Positions 39,279-49,938 of a DNA stretch of 64,000 bases are shown in pieces (position 1 is the stretch's first letter; every line of letters begins with the position of its first letter). Location of the stretch: assembly GCA_963727445.1 (NCBI GenBank), contig CAVSGI010000015.1:256001-320000 (forward strand). The letters run 5' to 3'. Under the pieces are notes generated by a model, which worked only from the letters and a program-made list of their open reading frames with translations, did no database searches and had not been told where the DNA came from. Both the position numbers and the translations under genes were made by a program. Origin of the DNA: an uncultured delta proteobacterium (GTDB lineage Bacteria > Myxococcota_A > Polyangia > Polyangiales > B10-G4).

Positions 39279-41210
39279 TCAGAGCGTCTCGAGATAGGTG
39301 ACGAGGTCGTCGAGCTGTGCGTCGTCGAGGTCGGAGGTGTGCCCATGCATGTCGCCGCCGCCGCAAGTGGCGTCGGTCAGGCGCGCGCGGAAATCCGACG
39401 CGCATCCGTCGTGCATGTAGGGTGCCCTGTAGCGAACGCCGATGAGCGAGGGGACCTGAAGCGGGCCACCCGTGCCGACGTCGACGGTCGTCGAGTTCGT
39501 GAGCAGCGGTCCCGCGTGACAGGTCGCGCAGCCCACCTCCGCGGAGGCGAAGAGCGCCTCGCCGCGCGCGACGGCCGCAGGGTCGGTGGGCTCGGGGCGA
39601 GGCGGTGGGGCGAGCGAATCCAGCCACTGCGCGAAGACCGCCATCTGCTCGTCGCTCAGCGGGGGACCCGACATCCGTCCCTCGAAGACCATGTGCACGA
39701 GCATCTCGAAGCTCGTCATGTCGCCCGACCAGTGGAAGGGCTCGGTGCCGAGGAGGGCGCCGGCGAAGTGCTGGGTCCGGCGCAGGCCCGCGCCCGAGAA
39801 GAACCAGACGCGGCCGTCGTCCCCGCCCTCGGGGTGACAAGATGCGCAGGCGAGGCCGGCGCTCGTCGCGGTGTGGAAGATCCGGAAACCGGTGTTGGAG
39901 CGCTCTTCGGACGAGAGCCGCACCATCGCCGACGATCCGTCCGGTCGGACGATGACCAGACGCGAGATGGCCTGGTAGACCGCGACGGTCGTGTTGTCCT
40001 GGCCCCACGCCACAGCCACCGGGGTGGAGAGCTCGGGCGGATTCGGCAGCACGCGCAGGGGTGTGAGGCAGTTCGAATGGATCGTGTCGGGCGGCGGGGT
40101 CGAGACCGACGTGCCCATCGGCGCTTCGACGCTCGGCTCGAAGGCGGAGGGGGTGGGGGTGGGCGCGTCGATGTTGTCGGCGATCGTCGTACCGAAGACC
40201 ATGGCCTCGTTCGAGCCTGGAGCCGCGACGAGCATCTCGTCGCCGCTCGGCGACAGAGCCAGGTCCACGCCGAGCGCGGTCCGCGCCAGGGTGCCGACGT
40301 CGCTGGTGCTACCGTCGGTGCCGACCCAGGTGGTGGCGGTGTCGACCACCCCGTCGCACTCCTCGAAGCCGCCGCCGTAGCTGCCCTCCGAACGCGGCTC
40401 GTCCGCGTCGTCGAGGACGCCGCTGGTCGCGCGCTGGTGCAGCACGTAAGCGCCGCCGCCCGCGGCGATCATCCGCCACGCGACCGCGGCTTCGGACACC
40501 ACCTGGGTCTCGTCCGGTCGGGGCTCGCGGGTGGGACGAAGCGGGGCCGAGTCGGGGAAGGTGACGACCTGCCGAAGGGTCTCGCCCGCCGCGTCGAAGA
40601 GCAGCACCTCGGCGGCGCGGAACCGGCTCACCATGAGCGTGTCGTCCTCTGCCACGACCACGTCTCTGATGTCGCTCGGCGCCGAATGGCGCGCGGTGAC
40701 GGGGCCGCCGGCCGCCGGGAGAAAGACGAGCTCGCCCTCGGCGCAGGCGACGATGAGCGCGTCGTCACTGGCGCGATAGGCGATGCCGCGGGGCGCCGCA
40801 CAGACCGCGCGTCGGTCGAGGATGGTGCCGGCGCGGGGATCGATCGACACCACGGCGCCGCCGCGACGTAGCGCCACGTGAACGTGTCCGGCGCCGTCTT
40901 CGACCAGGCGCCCCGGCTCGTCACCGGCCTCGAGCTCCAGCGTCGCTCGCACGGCCAAGGGTTCGATGTCCACGACGAACACTTGGTCGAGGGAGGCGTC
41001 CGCGACGATCGCCAGCGCGTCGTCGTCGGTGACGAGGAGACCACCGCCCGATACCGGCGGCAGCGGGTCACCGGCGATGGGCTCGATCGGCGCAGGCTCG
41101 ATGCCCGAGTCGACCCCATCGACGCGATCGGGTGGCGGCGCCGGCGCGGCGTCATCGCCGCAAGCGGTGAGTAGAACGAGGGCGGGGATGACGAGGGAAA
41201 CGACCTTCAT
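39279..41210 (-). CDS. Lipoprotein with YncE/YVTN-like propeller and di-haem cytochrome c (CCP/MauG-like) domain
   Basis: Lipobox LTA-C; CASCH and CATCH haem motifs; PSLIGVRYRAPYMHDG; DDLVTYLETL. Confidence 0.83.
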   Translation of the reverse strand: MKVVSLVIPALVLLTACGDDAAPAPPPDRVDGVDSGIEPAPIEPIAGDPLPPVSGGGLLVTDDDALAIVADASLDQVFVVDIEPLAVRATLELEAGDEPGRLVEDGAGHVHVALRRGGAVVSIDPRAGTILDRRAVCAAPRGIAYRASDDALIVACAEGELVFLPAAGGPVTARHSAPSDIRDVVVAEDDTLMVSRFRAAEVLLFDAAGETLRQVVTFPDSAPLRPTREPRPDETQVVSEAAVAWRMIAAGGGAYVLHQRATSGVLDDADEPRSEGSYGGGFEECDGVVDTATTWVGTDGSTSDVGTLARTALGVDLALSPSGDEMLVAAPGSNEAMVFGTTIADNIDAPTPTPSAFEPSVEAPMGTSVSTPPPDTIHSNCLTPLRVLPNPPELSTPVAVAWGQDNTTVAVYQAISRLVIVRPDGSSAMVRLSSEERSNTGFRIFHTATSAGLACASCHPEGGDDGRVWFFSGAGLRRTQHFAGALLGTEPFHWSGDMTSFEMLVHMVFEGRMSGPPLSDEQMAVFAQWLDSLAPPPRPEPTDPAAVARGEALFASAEVGCATCHAGPLLTNSTTVDVGTGGPLQVPSLIGVRYRAPYMHDGCASDFRARLTDATCGGGDMHGHTSDLDDAQLDDLVTYLETL

Positions 41211-41327
41211 GGGATTTCGAGTCTCCATGCGCGTGGGTCGTTCCGCACGCCGAAAAACTCCAATGCACGCCGAAAGAAACTCGCCCCATCCCCAAAGATG
41301 GATGTGAGCGCGCGTGCGCCGCGCCGC

Positions 41328-42422
41328 TCAGCGCTCGACGAGTCGCCAGACCTCTTGGATCGGCGCGATGTTGTCGTAACCACCGAGCATATAGGCGACG
41401 GCGTCGGGTCCGCCGGAGAGCGGCTGCGTGAAGCTGCGCGGCGTTGGTCCCCCCTCAGGGGTGACATCGGTCCACGTGTGGCTGCCGAGATCGTAATAGG
41501 CGAGGTCGCCGCTCACCTGGTCCGGATCGAGTCCCTGGTTGCCGAAACCGAGCACGAAGCCGTGCTCGTCGATGATCGGCATCCACGCGCCACGACGCGC
41601 GATGCCAGGATCGCCCGAGACGATCTCCTCGCTCCAGGTCTCGGTCTCGAGATCGAAGAGCCAGATGTCGTTGAAGAAGGCGGCGCCTTCGGGGCCGAGG
41701 GAGCCGCCGTAGAGCATCAGCGGGCCTTCGGGCGTCAGCGGTCCGAGGACCGCGTCGTAGCGCGCGCCCGGGCCGCCGCCGTCATCGATGGTCACCCACT
41801 CGGGGACCGACGGGTCGTAGCGGAAGGTCTCGTCGGAGAAGGTGCCCATGCCGTCGCCGACGCCGCCGCCGAAGAGGTAGATCTTGTCCGCCGCGTAGGT
41901 CATGGCGCAGCCGACGACGCCGCGCGGGGTGGAGGGGACGGGGATCTGCGTCCAGGTGCGCGCGTCCACGTCGAGCTCCCAGGTCTGGGCCTCGTACTCC
42001 TCACCGGCGCGGTCGCGGCCGCCGATGAAGACCACCACCTGACGGTCGGGATCCCAGGTCGCGCAGCCGCAGTAGCGGGGGCCGGGATTGTCGGTGGGGG
42101 TGACCTCGGTGATGTCGATGGCGCCGCTCGACATGTCGTAGAGGTACGCCTCCTCGAGCACCGAGCCCCGGCCGCCCTCGGCCTCGAAGGTCGCGCCGCC
42201 GAAGACGAGCGTGCGGTTTTCATCCATGCGCGACGCCATGAAGCCCCAGACACCCAGGGGGCCGTCCGCGGGGGGCGGGACGATCGCCTCCCAAGCGAAG
42301 CTCGGGGGAGGGGACGGCATCACGCCGGCGTCGCCCCCGGTGCCCGAATCGCCTGCGGCGGTGTCGTCACCCCCGCAGCCCTGGGCCGCGAGCAGCAGGG
42401 AAAGCAGCGTGATTCGAAGCAT
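41328..42422 (-). CDS. Kelch-repeat lipoprotein
   Basis: Lipobox AQG-C; repeated (L/V)FGG...Y/W D....W...P.PR. Confidence 0.83.
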   Translation of the reverse strand: MLRITLLSLLLAAQGCGGDDTAAGDSGTGGDAGVMPSPPPSFAWEAIVPPPADGPLGVWGFMASRMDENRTLVFGGATFEAEGGRGSVLEEAYLYDMSSGAIDITEVTPTDNPGPRYCGCATWDPDRQVVVFIGGRDRAGEEYEAQTWELDVDARTWTQIPVPSTPRGVVGCAMTYAADKIYLFGGGVGDGMGTFSDETFRYDPSVPEWVTIDDGGGPGARYDAVLGPLTPEGPLMLYGGSLGPEGAAFFNDIWLFDLETETWSEEIVSGDPGIARRGAWMPIIDEHGFVLGFGNQGLDPDQVSGDLAYYDLGSHTWTDVTPEGGPTPRSFTQPLSGGPDAVAYMLGGYDNIAPIQEVWRLVER

Positions 42423-42544
42423 CGCCCCCTCTCCAAAGCAACGATCTCACCCCCGCGCAAGGCCCGGACGCGCGCCTTCCACAACACCACCACAAATGGC
42501 CCGATCCTGTGAGCCTCCTCAGTCGGGCGCGGGGCAAGGTCGCT

Positions 42545-42572
42545 TTGCCCCGCCTGCCCCGCTGTCTACACT
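42545..42572 (+). promoter_or_regulatory. sigma70-like promoter of the LeuA-family gene (probably leaderless)
   Basis: TTGCCC-16 nt-TACACT, 7 nt before ATG 42580; the -35 is the right arm of inverted repeat GCGGGGCAA-N7-TTGCCCCGC. Confidence 0.55.
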
Positions 42573-42579
42573 GCCCCGC

Positions 42580-43866
<1,287 letters not shown>

Positions 43867-43944
43867 CCCCGGACCTCACTCCGGGAGAAAGTTGCCAAGC
43901 TCGCTCCTGCGGACACTTGGGGGCTTGACTTCCGCTCGATCGGA

Positions 43945-43984
43945 GACCACTAGTCTAAACACTAGTCCGACCACTGGTCTAAAC
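43945..43984. promoter_or_regulatory. Tandem palindromic operator sites, probably for the adjacent TetR
   Basis: GACCACTAGTCTAAAC and GACCACTGGTCTAAAC 24 bp apart; TTGACT at 43925; immediately upstream of tetR. Confidence 0.72.
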
Positions 43985-44001
43985 GGAAGGATGGAGCCGG
44001 C

Positions 44002-44634
44002 GTGGCCCCTCACCCCCGATTCGACAAGCTCGACAAGGCCCAGCAGAAGGCGATCCTCGACGCCGCCGCGGCGGAGTTCGCCAAAGAGGGCTTCGAGCGC
44101 GCGTCGATCAACCGGATCATCGCCGCCGCCGACCTGAGCAAGGGCGGGCTCTACTACTACTTCGATGGCAAGGAAGACCTCTACGCCGCGGTCATGGACG
44201 ACGTCCTCGATCGGGTGGTCGAAACCGTCGCCGATATCGAGGAGCCAGAGGACGCCGAGGGCTACTGGCAGATGCTCGCCATGGGGCTCGAGCGGCTGAA
44301 CGTCGCCTTCTTCAACGACAGCGTTCTCGCCGCGCTCGGACGCGGTCTCTACCAGCGGGGCGGGAGCGATCCCGCCTACGAGAAGATCCTCGAGCGAAGC
44401 GGCGCCTGGGTCCGCAACCTCGTCGAGATGGGGCAGCGCCTCGGCGCGGTGCGCTCGGACGTCCCGCTCGGCCTTCTCGCCGAAGCGCTCACCGGAATGC
44501 TCGTCGCCATGGACCGCTGGTTCGTGATGGCGATGGAGACCGAGCCCATCGAAGAGCTGATGACGCTCGCGCCCAAGACCATCGAGCTCGCGCGCGACCT
44601 GCTCGCGCCCAAGGCCGAGGTCGACCCGTCGTGA
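44002..44634 (+). CDS. TetR/AcrR-family transcriptional regulator
   Basis: ILDAAAAEFAKEGFERASINRII..ADLSKGGLYYYFDGKEDLY. Confidence 0.92.
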   Translation: MAPHPRFDKLDKAQQKAILDAAAAEFAKEGFERASINRIIAAADLSKGGLYYYFDGKEDLYAAVMDDVLDRVVETVADIEEPEDAEGYWQMLAMGLERLNVAFFNDSVLAALGRGLYQRGGSDPAYEKILERSGAWVRNLVEMGQRLGAVRSDVPLGLLAEALTGMLVAMDRWFVMAMETEPIEELMTLAPKTIELARDLLAPKAEVDPS

Positions 44635-44647
44635 AAGAGGAGGAGCC

Positions 44648-45427
44648 GTGAAGAAACGCCCCAGCCTGTTCGCCCTCGCCTCCGCACTCGCCGCGGCTCT
44701 GGTCCTCTTCATCGCCCACCGCCCCACGCGCGCACAGGACGGGGCGCCCGACGTCGACCAGGTCTCCGAGACGCTCGACACCCTCTGGACCAGCGACGCG
44801 AGCATCGCCCGCGTCGAGCTCAGCGTCGTGCGTCCCCGCGGCACGCGCACCCTTCGCATGAAGGTCTGGACGCGCGGGACCACGCGCGCCCTGGTCGTCG
44901 TCGAATCGCCCGAACGCGAGCGCGGCACGGCGACGCTGCGCCGCGACCGCAACCTCTGGACCTACCTGCCGCGCGTCGCCCGAACCATGCGCGTCCCGCC
45001 CTCGATGATGCTCTCGAGCTGGATGGGCAGCGACTTCACCAACGACGACCTCACGCAGTCGGCGTCGTACCGCGAGGACTTCAACGGCACGATCATCGGT
45101 CACTCCCGCGACGGCCACGGCTGGGTGCTGCGCTACGACGCGAAGGAAGGCGTGGTCGGGCTCTGGAAGCGGGTCGACTTCATCATCAACGCCGACGGGA
45201 CGCTGCCCATCCTGGCCAAGTACTACGACCGCCGGATGCGCCTCGCGCGGACGCTCCGCTTCGATCAGGTGCGCGAGATGGGGGGCCGGCGGATCCCGAC
45301 GCGCCTGACGCTTTCGCCCGAAGATCGGCCCGACGAGCACACGGAGCTCACCTATCTCGACATCGAGTTCGACGCGCACGTGCCCTCGAGCACCTTCTCG
45401 CTGACCGAGCTCGAGCGGGATCGCTGA
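44648..45427 (+). CDS. LolA-like outer-membrane lipoprotein-sorting family protein
   Basis: Signal peptide; P..ERGTATL...LWTYLP; SWMGSDFTNDDL; YYD; FSLTEL. Confidence 0.83.
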   Translation: MKKRPSLFALASALAAALVLFIAHRPTRAQDGAPDVDQVSETLDTLWTSDASIARVELSVVRPRGTRTLRMKVWTRGTTRALVVVESPERERGTATLRRDRNLWTYLPRVARTMRVPPSMMLSSWMGSDFTNDDLTQSASYREDFNGTIIGHSRDGHGWVLRYDAKEGVVGLWKRVDFIINADGTLPILAKYYDRRMRLARTLRFDQVREMGGRRIPTRLTLSPEDRPDEHTELTYLDIEFDAHVPSSTFSLTELERDR

Positions 45428-46666
45428 TGCTCGACTGGAGCACGCCGCGCATCGCCTGGCGCAACCTCGGGCGAAACCGGCGGCGCACCGCGCTGGCGGT
45501 CTTCGCCATCGCCCTCGCACAGATCGCTGTGCTCTGGACCGACGGGCTGATGAACGGATGGATCGACGCCACCATCCACGCGATCACCGGGCCGATGCTC
45601 GGCCACGTGCAGGTCCACGCCGAGGGGTGGCGCGAGGAGCAGGCGATGGATCTCACGATCCGCGACGTGGACGCGCGCCTCGAAGAGCTGCGGGCGGTCC
45701 CGGGCGTCGCGCACGCCTCTGCTCGGATCTACGGGCCGGTGCTGGTGGCGAAGGAGACCGAAGCGCAGGCGGCGATGGTCGTGGGGCTCGACGTCGCCGA
45801 CGAGGCGGCCGACGGGCTGCTCGAAAACGTCGCCCAGGCCGAGCTTCCGGAGGGTCACCACGTCCTCGTCGGCTCCGTCCTGGCGCGCCAGGCGGGGCTC
45901 TCGGTGGGCGACGAGCTGGTGGTGGTGGGCCAGGCGGTCGACGGCTCGACGGCCAACGACCTCTACACCGTCGGCGGCATCCTCGCGACGCCCGTCGAAG
46001 AGGTGGATCGCTTCGGGGTGGTGATGGCGCTGGCGCCGGCGCAGGAGCTCTTCGTCATGAACGACGAGGCGCACGAGCTCACGGTGCGGGGAGACGACGC
46101 GGCGGACGCGAGCGCCCTCGCGGCGCGGATCGCCGCCATCCCCGACTTCACCGATCTCGAGGTGCTCAGCTATCGCGAGCTCGCCCCGGAGATGACCGAG
46201 CTCCTCGACATCTCCAGCGCGTACGGCCTGATCGTTCTGGTGATCGTGATGATCGCCGCCGCCGCGGGCGTCGCGAACACCATGCTGATGGCGACCTTCG
46301 AGCGCCGGGGTGAGCTGGGGATGATGCTCGCCATCGGCGCGACGCCCTTTCGCCTGGTGCGGATGGTGCTGGCCGAAGCGATCGTGACCGGATTGATAGG
46401 CGTGACCGTCGGGACGGCGCTCGGCGCGGGCATCGTGATCGATCCAGGCGCATACCGGCGTCGACATCGCCGCCCTGGGCGGCGCGGACGCCGGCAGCGA
46501 GCTCGCGATGTACGGGGTCAGCGTCACCGGCGAGCTCTACCCGCGCCTCGCCTGGATGGACGTGAGCGCCGGCTTCGTCGGCGTCACCCTGGTGTCCATC
46601 CTCGCCGCGCTCTGGCCGGCGATTCACACCGCTCGCCTCGAGCCGGTGGAGGCGATGCGCTCATGA
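45427..46666 (+). pseudogene. FtsX/LolC-E type ABC permease 1, +1 frameshift near 46441 (real or sequencing error)
   Basis: AWRNLGRNRRRT...NTMLMATFERRGELG; the canonical C-terminus (QAHTGVD...AALWPAIHTARLEPVEAMRS*) lies in the +1 frame and ends at TGA 46664-46666. Confidence 0.8.
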
Positions 46667-47901
46667 ACGTCAGCGCACGCTACGCCGCCCGCAGCCTCGG
46701 TCGAAGCGTCCGGCGCACCGCCCTCTCCGTCGTCGGCATCGGCTTCGGCGTGGGCATCGCCCTCTTCGGCATCGCGTGGATTCAGGGCGAGGGCTCGATG
46801 ACCGCGCGCGCCGCCGCGGGGGGCGGCATCGGCCACGTGCGCGTCGCGCCCAAAGGTTTCTCCGCGACCCGCGACGACGACCTCCGCCTCGACGACGGCC
46901 CCGCGCTCCTCGAAAAAGTGCGCGACGTCCCCGGCGTCGCCCTGGCGGCGCCTCATGCACGCACCGGAGGGCTCCTGGCCCTCGGGACGCGCAGCGTTCG
47001 GGTGGAGCTCACCGGCGTGGACCCGCGCGTCGAGCAACGAAATGGGCGCTTCGTCCGCCAGCTCGCCGACGGCCGCTACCTCCGCCCGGGTGAGCGCGGC
47101 GAGGTCGTGCTCGGCCGCACGCTCGTCGAGCGACTCGACGCCGAGCTCGACGACGAGCTGGTCGTCACCGCCGTCGACGAGAGCGGCGACATGCAGAGCG
47201 CCCTGTTGGTGCTGGTCGGCATCGCCGAGTCGGGAAGCCGGGAGATCGACTCCACCATCGCCCACGTCAGCCTCGCGGACGTCGCCATGCTCACGGGTCG
47301 CGCGGAGATCGGCGAGATCACCGTCGTCGCCTCCGACGTCGACGCCGTCGACGAGCTCCAGAAGGCGGTGGCCGCGGCGGTCGGCGACGAGGCCGACGTC
47401 CTGTCCTGGAAACAGGTCGCGCCCGCGCTGGTGGCGGGCGTGGCGACCGACGCCGCCTTCATGAACGTCGCCACGCTGATGGTCTTCCTCGTCGTCCTCC
47501 TGGGCGTCGCGAGCGCGCAGCTCACGGCGGTGCTCGAACGGCGCAAAGAGCTCGCCGTCCTCGGCGCCCTCGGCATGGGGACCTGGGCGCTCGTTCGGGT
47601 GATGCTCGTCGAAGGGCTCTTCCTCGGCGTCCTCGGCGCAGCCGCGGCGCTCGCATGGTCCGCGCCCCTCATCGGCCACCTCTCCGGCGCCGGCGTCGAT
47701 CTCAGCTCGGCCTTCGGCGAAGAACAGAACATGGCGCTCGCTGGCGTGATCCTCGACCCGATCTTCTATCCGGAGTTCGGCGCGTGGCTCTTCCCGACCG
47801 GCCTCTTCCTCTCCCTCGTCGCCACCATGGTGGCTTCCCTCTACCCGGCCGTGTTCGCCGCACGGATGGACCCGGCCACAGCCCTGAGAGTCGACCGATG
47901 A
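46663..47901 (+). CDS. FtsX/LolC-E type ABC permease 2
   Basis: ATGA overlap; RSLGRSVRRTALS; AVLERRKELAVLGALG; ASLYPAVFAARMDPATALR. Confidence 0.87.
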   Translation: MNVSARYAARSLGRSVRRTALSVVGIGFGVGIALFGIAWIQGEGSMTARAAAGGGIGHVRVAPKGFSATRDDDLRLDDGPALLEKVRDVPGVALAAPHARTGGLLALGTRSVRVELTGVDPRVEQRNGRFVRQLADGRYLRPGERGEVVLGRTLVERLDAELDDELVVTAVDESGDMQSALLVLVGIAESGSREIDSTIAHVSLADVAMLTGRAEIGEITVVASDVDAVDELQKAVAAAVGDEADVLSWKQVAPALVAGVATDAAFMNVATLMVFLVVLLGVASAQLTAVLERRKELAVLGALGMGTWALVRVMLVEGLFLGVLGAAAALAWSAPLIGHLSGAGVDLSSAFGEEQNMALAGVILDPIFYPEFGAWLFPTGLFLSLVATMVASLYPAVFAARMDPATALRVDR

Positions 47902-48608
47902 CCGATGATGCGAAACAGAAGATCGCCGTCGCGACGGGCGTCACCAAGACCTTCCGCACCGGCAAGGAGACGGTGCGCGCGGTCGACGGAGTCGATCTCG
48001 TCCTCGAGGAAGGGGAGCTGCTGGCGCTCGTCGGCCCGAGCGGGAGCGGCAAGACCACGCTCCTGAACCTCCTCGGCGCCCTCGACCGGCCGACGAAGGG
48101 CGAGCTCGAGGTCCTCGGCAAGAACCTGAACCGGCTGAGCAAGGCGGAGCGCGCACACCTGCGTCTCGCGTCTCTCGGCTTCGTCTTTCAGGCCTACAAC
48201 CTCGTTCCGGTGCTCACCGCCCTCGAGAACGTGGAGTTCGTCCTCGAGCTCCAGGGGATGGGGCGCGCGGCGCGGCACGACCGCGCCCGCGCCGTCCTCG
48301 CCGACCTCGGCCTCGAAGAGCTCGCCGGTCGACGCCCCAAGGAGATGAGCGGCGGCCAACAGCAGCGCGTTGCGGTCGCGCGCGCGGTGGCGGCGCGCCC
48401 GAGGCTCGTCCTCGCCGACGAGCCGACCGCGAACCTCGACACCAAGAACGCCGAGCAGCTCATGGAGCTGATGCGGCGCCTGCACGACGAGAGCCACGTG
48501 AGCTTCGTCTTTTCGACCCACGATCCGCGCGTGGTCGCGCACGCGAGTCGGATCGTCACCCTTGTCGACGGTCACGTCGAGAGCGACGAACGGCAAGAGG
48601 CGGCATGA
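47898..48608 (+). CDS. ABC transporter ATP-binding protein (LolD/MacB-like)
   Basis: GPSGSGKT, MSGGQQQRVAVAR, LADEPTANLD, STHD; ATGA overlap. Confidence 0.93.
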   Translation: MTDDAKQKIAVATGVTKTFRTGKETVRAVDGVDLVLEEGELLALVGPSGSGKTTLLNLLGALDRPTKGELEVLGKNLNRLSKAERAHLRLASLGFVFQAYNLVPVLTALENVEFVLELQGMGRAARHDRARAVLADLGLEELAGRRPKEMSGGQQQRVAVARAVAARPRLVLADEPTANLDTKNAEQLMELMRRLHDESHVSFVFSTHDPRVVAHASRIVTLVDGHVESDERQEAA

Positions 48609-49897
48609 CCTCGGGGGCAGGGCACGCGGCGAGCGCGCTCGTCGCGCTCGTCGTGCTCCTCATGGGCGCTTCATCCGCGCGCGCGCGCGATCTGGTGGAC
48701 GAGGAGGACTTTCAGCTCTCGCTCCGCTCGGCGTTCAAGAGCAGCCTGCTCCTCGCCTTCCCCCCGGCAGACGACATCCTCTATCCCGACCGTCCCGCGG
48801 GCGCGGGGCTCTTCCGACTGCGCTTCGAGGCTGCCACCAGCATCGGCGACCACCTGAGCGCCGCCGTCGCCTACGAGCATCGCGTGCGCATGGCCTCGGG
48901 CGGCTCGGTGGGCATCGGCGTTCTTCCCTCCACCACCCCCGTCCCCTTTCGACTCGCGCAGCTCAGCTGGCCGGTCATCGACGACGAGCCCAGCTATCGT
49001 CACATCCACGAGTTCGACCGCGCCTGGATCGCTTTGCACTTCGACTTCATGGAGCTGACCGTCGGACGACAGGCCATCGGCCTCGGACGGGGCGTGCTCT
49101 TCAGCGCCGTCGACGTCTTCTCCCCCTTCCCGCCGACCGAGGTCGACCAGGAGTGGCGGCGCGGCATCGACGCCGCGCACCTCGAGCTCAAGATCCCCGA
49201 TTTCAACGCCCTGTCCGCGGACGTCTACGCCGCCCTCGGTCAGGTCCAGGACGACGGCAGCCTCGCGACCTGGGCCCTCCTCGGCCGGCTCCGCGCCCTG
49301 GTCGGTGACGTCGACGCGTCCGTCCTCATCGGCCGCCGCGGCGTCGACAACATGGTCGGCGGCACGGTCTCGGCCACCGTCGGCGACGCCGAGACCCACG
49401 GCGAGCTCGCCATGTTCGGCACCGACGGACGCGGCATCGACGGCGGCTTCATGGGGACCAACGCGGTGGTGGCGAAGATCCTCCTCGGCGGCTCCTACAA
49501 CATCGCCATCGGCAACGGCCTGCGCGTCGTCGGCGAGTATCACTACTCGGGCTTCGGCGTGAAGAACATCGGACAGGATCCGAGCATCCTGAACGACCCC
49601 GACTGGGTGCGCCGATTCTCCCAGGGCCAGAGCCAGCTCCTCGGCCGCCACGCCCTCGCGCTCTCCTTCAGCTACGACCCCTTCTACGATCTCACGGCCA
49701 CGCTCAGCTACATCCAGAGCCCGGTCGACGCGAGCGGCATGATCGCCGGCACGCTCACCTGGTACCAGTCCTCCTCGGTGACGCTCGTCTTCAACGCGTG
49801 GGTGCCCTGGGGCTCCTCGCCGACCGCCGGCGTCCCCACCAGCGAATGGGGCACTTACCCCATCACGCTCTTCCTGCAGGCGCGCCTCTACGACTGA
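48605..49897 (+). CDS. Putative outer-membrane beta-barrel protein
   Basis: Signal ARA-R; DRAWI..LTVGRQAIG.G; alternating beta-strand pattern; terminal LQARLYD. Confidence 0.65.
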   Translation: MTSGAGHAASALVALVVLLMGASSARARDLVDEEDFQLSLRSAFKSSLLLAFPPADDILYPDRPAGAGLFRLRFEAATSIGDHLSAAVAYEHRVRMASGGSVGIGVLPSTTPVPFRLAQLSWPVIDDEPSYRHIHEFDRAWIALHFDFMELTVGRQAIGLGRGVLFSAVDVFSPFPPTEVDQEWRRGIDAAHLELKIPDFNALSADVYAALGQVQDDGSLATWALLGRLRALVGDVDASVLIGRRGVDNMVGGTVSATVGDAETHGELAMFGTDGRGIDGGFMGTNAVVAKILLGGSYNIAIGNGLRVVGEYHYSGFGVKNIGQDPSILNDPDWVRRFSQGQSQLLGRHALALSFSYDPFYDLTATLSYIQSPVDASGMIAGTLTWYQSSSVTLVFNAWVPWGSSPTAGVPTSEWGTYPITLFLQARLYD

Positions 49898-49938
49898 GCC
49901 CACCGCTTGCCGAGCGTGGTCGATGTTAGGATGGACCC

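Noticed and set aside
45427..47901. Single 824-aa fused permease as listed in the ORF track
   Set aside because: The junction is Arg-rich and non-homologous; the true permease-1 C-terminus is in the +1 frame with its own stop
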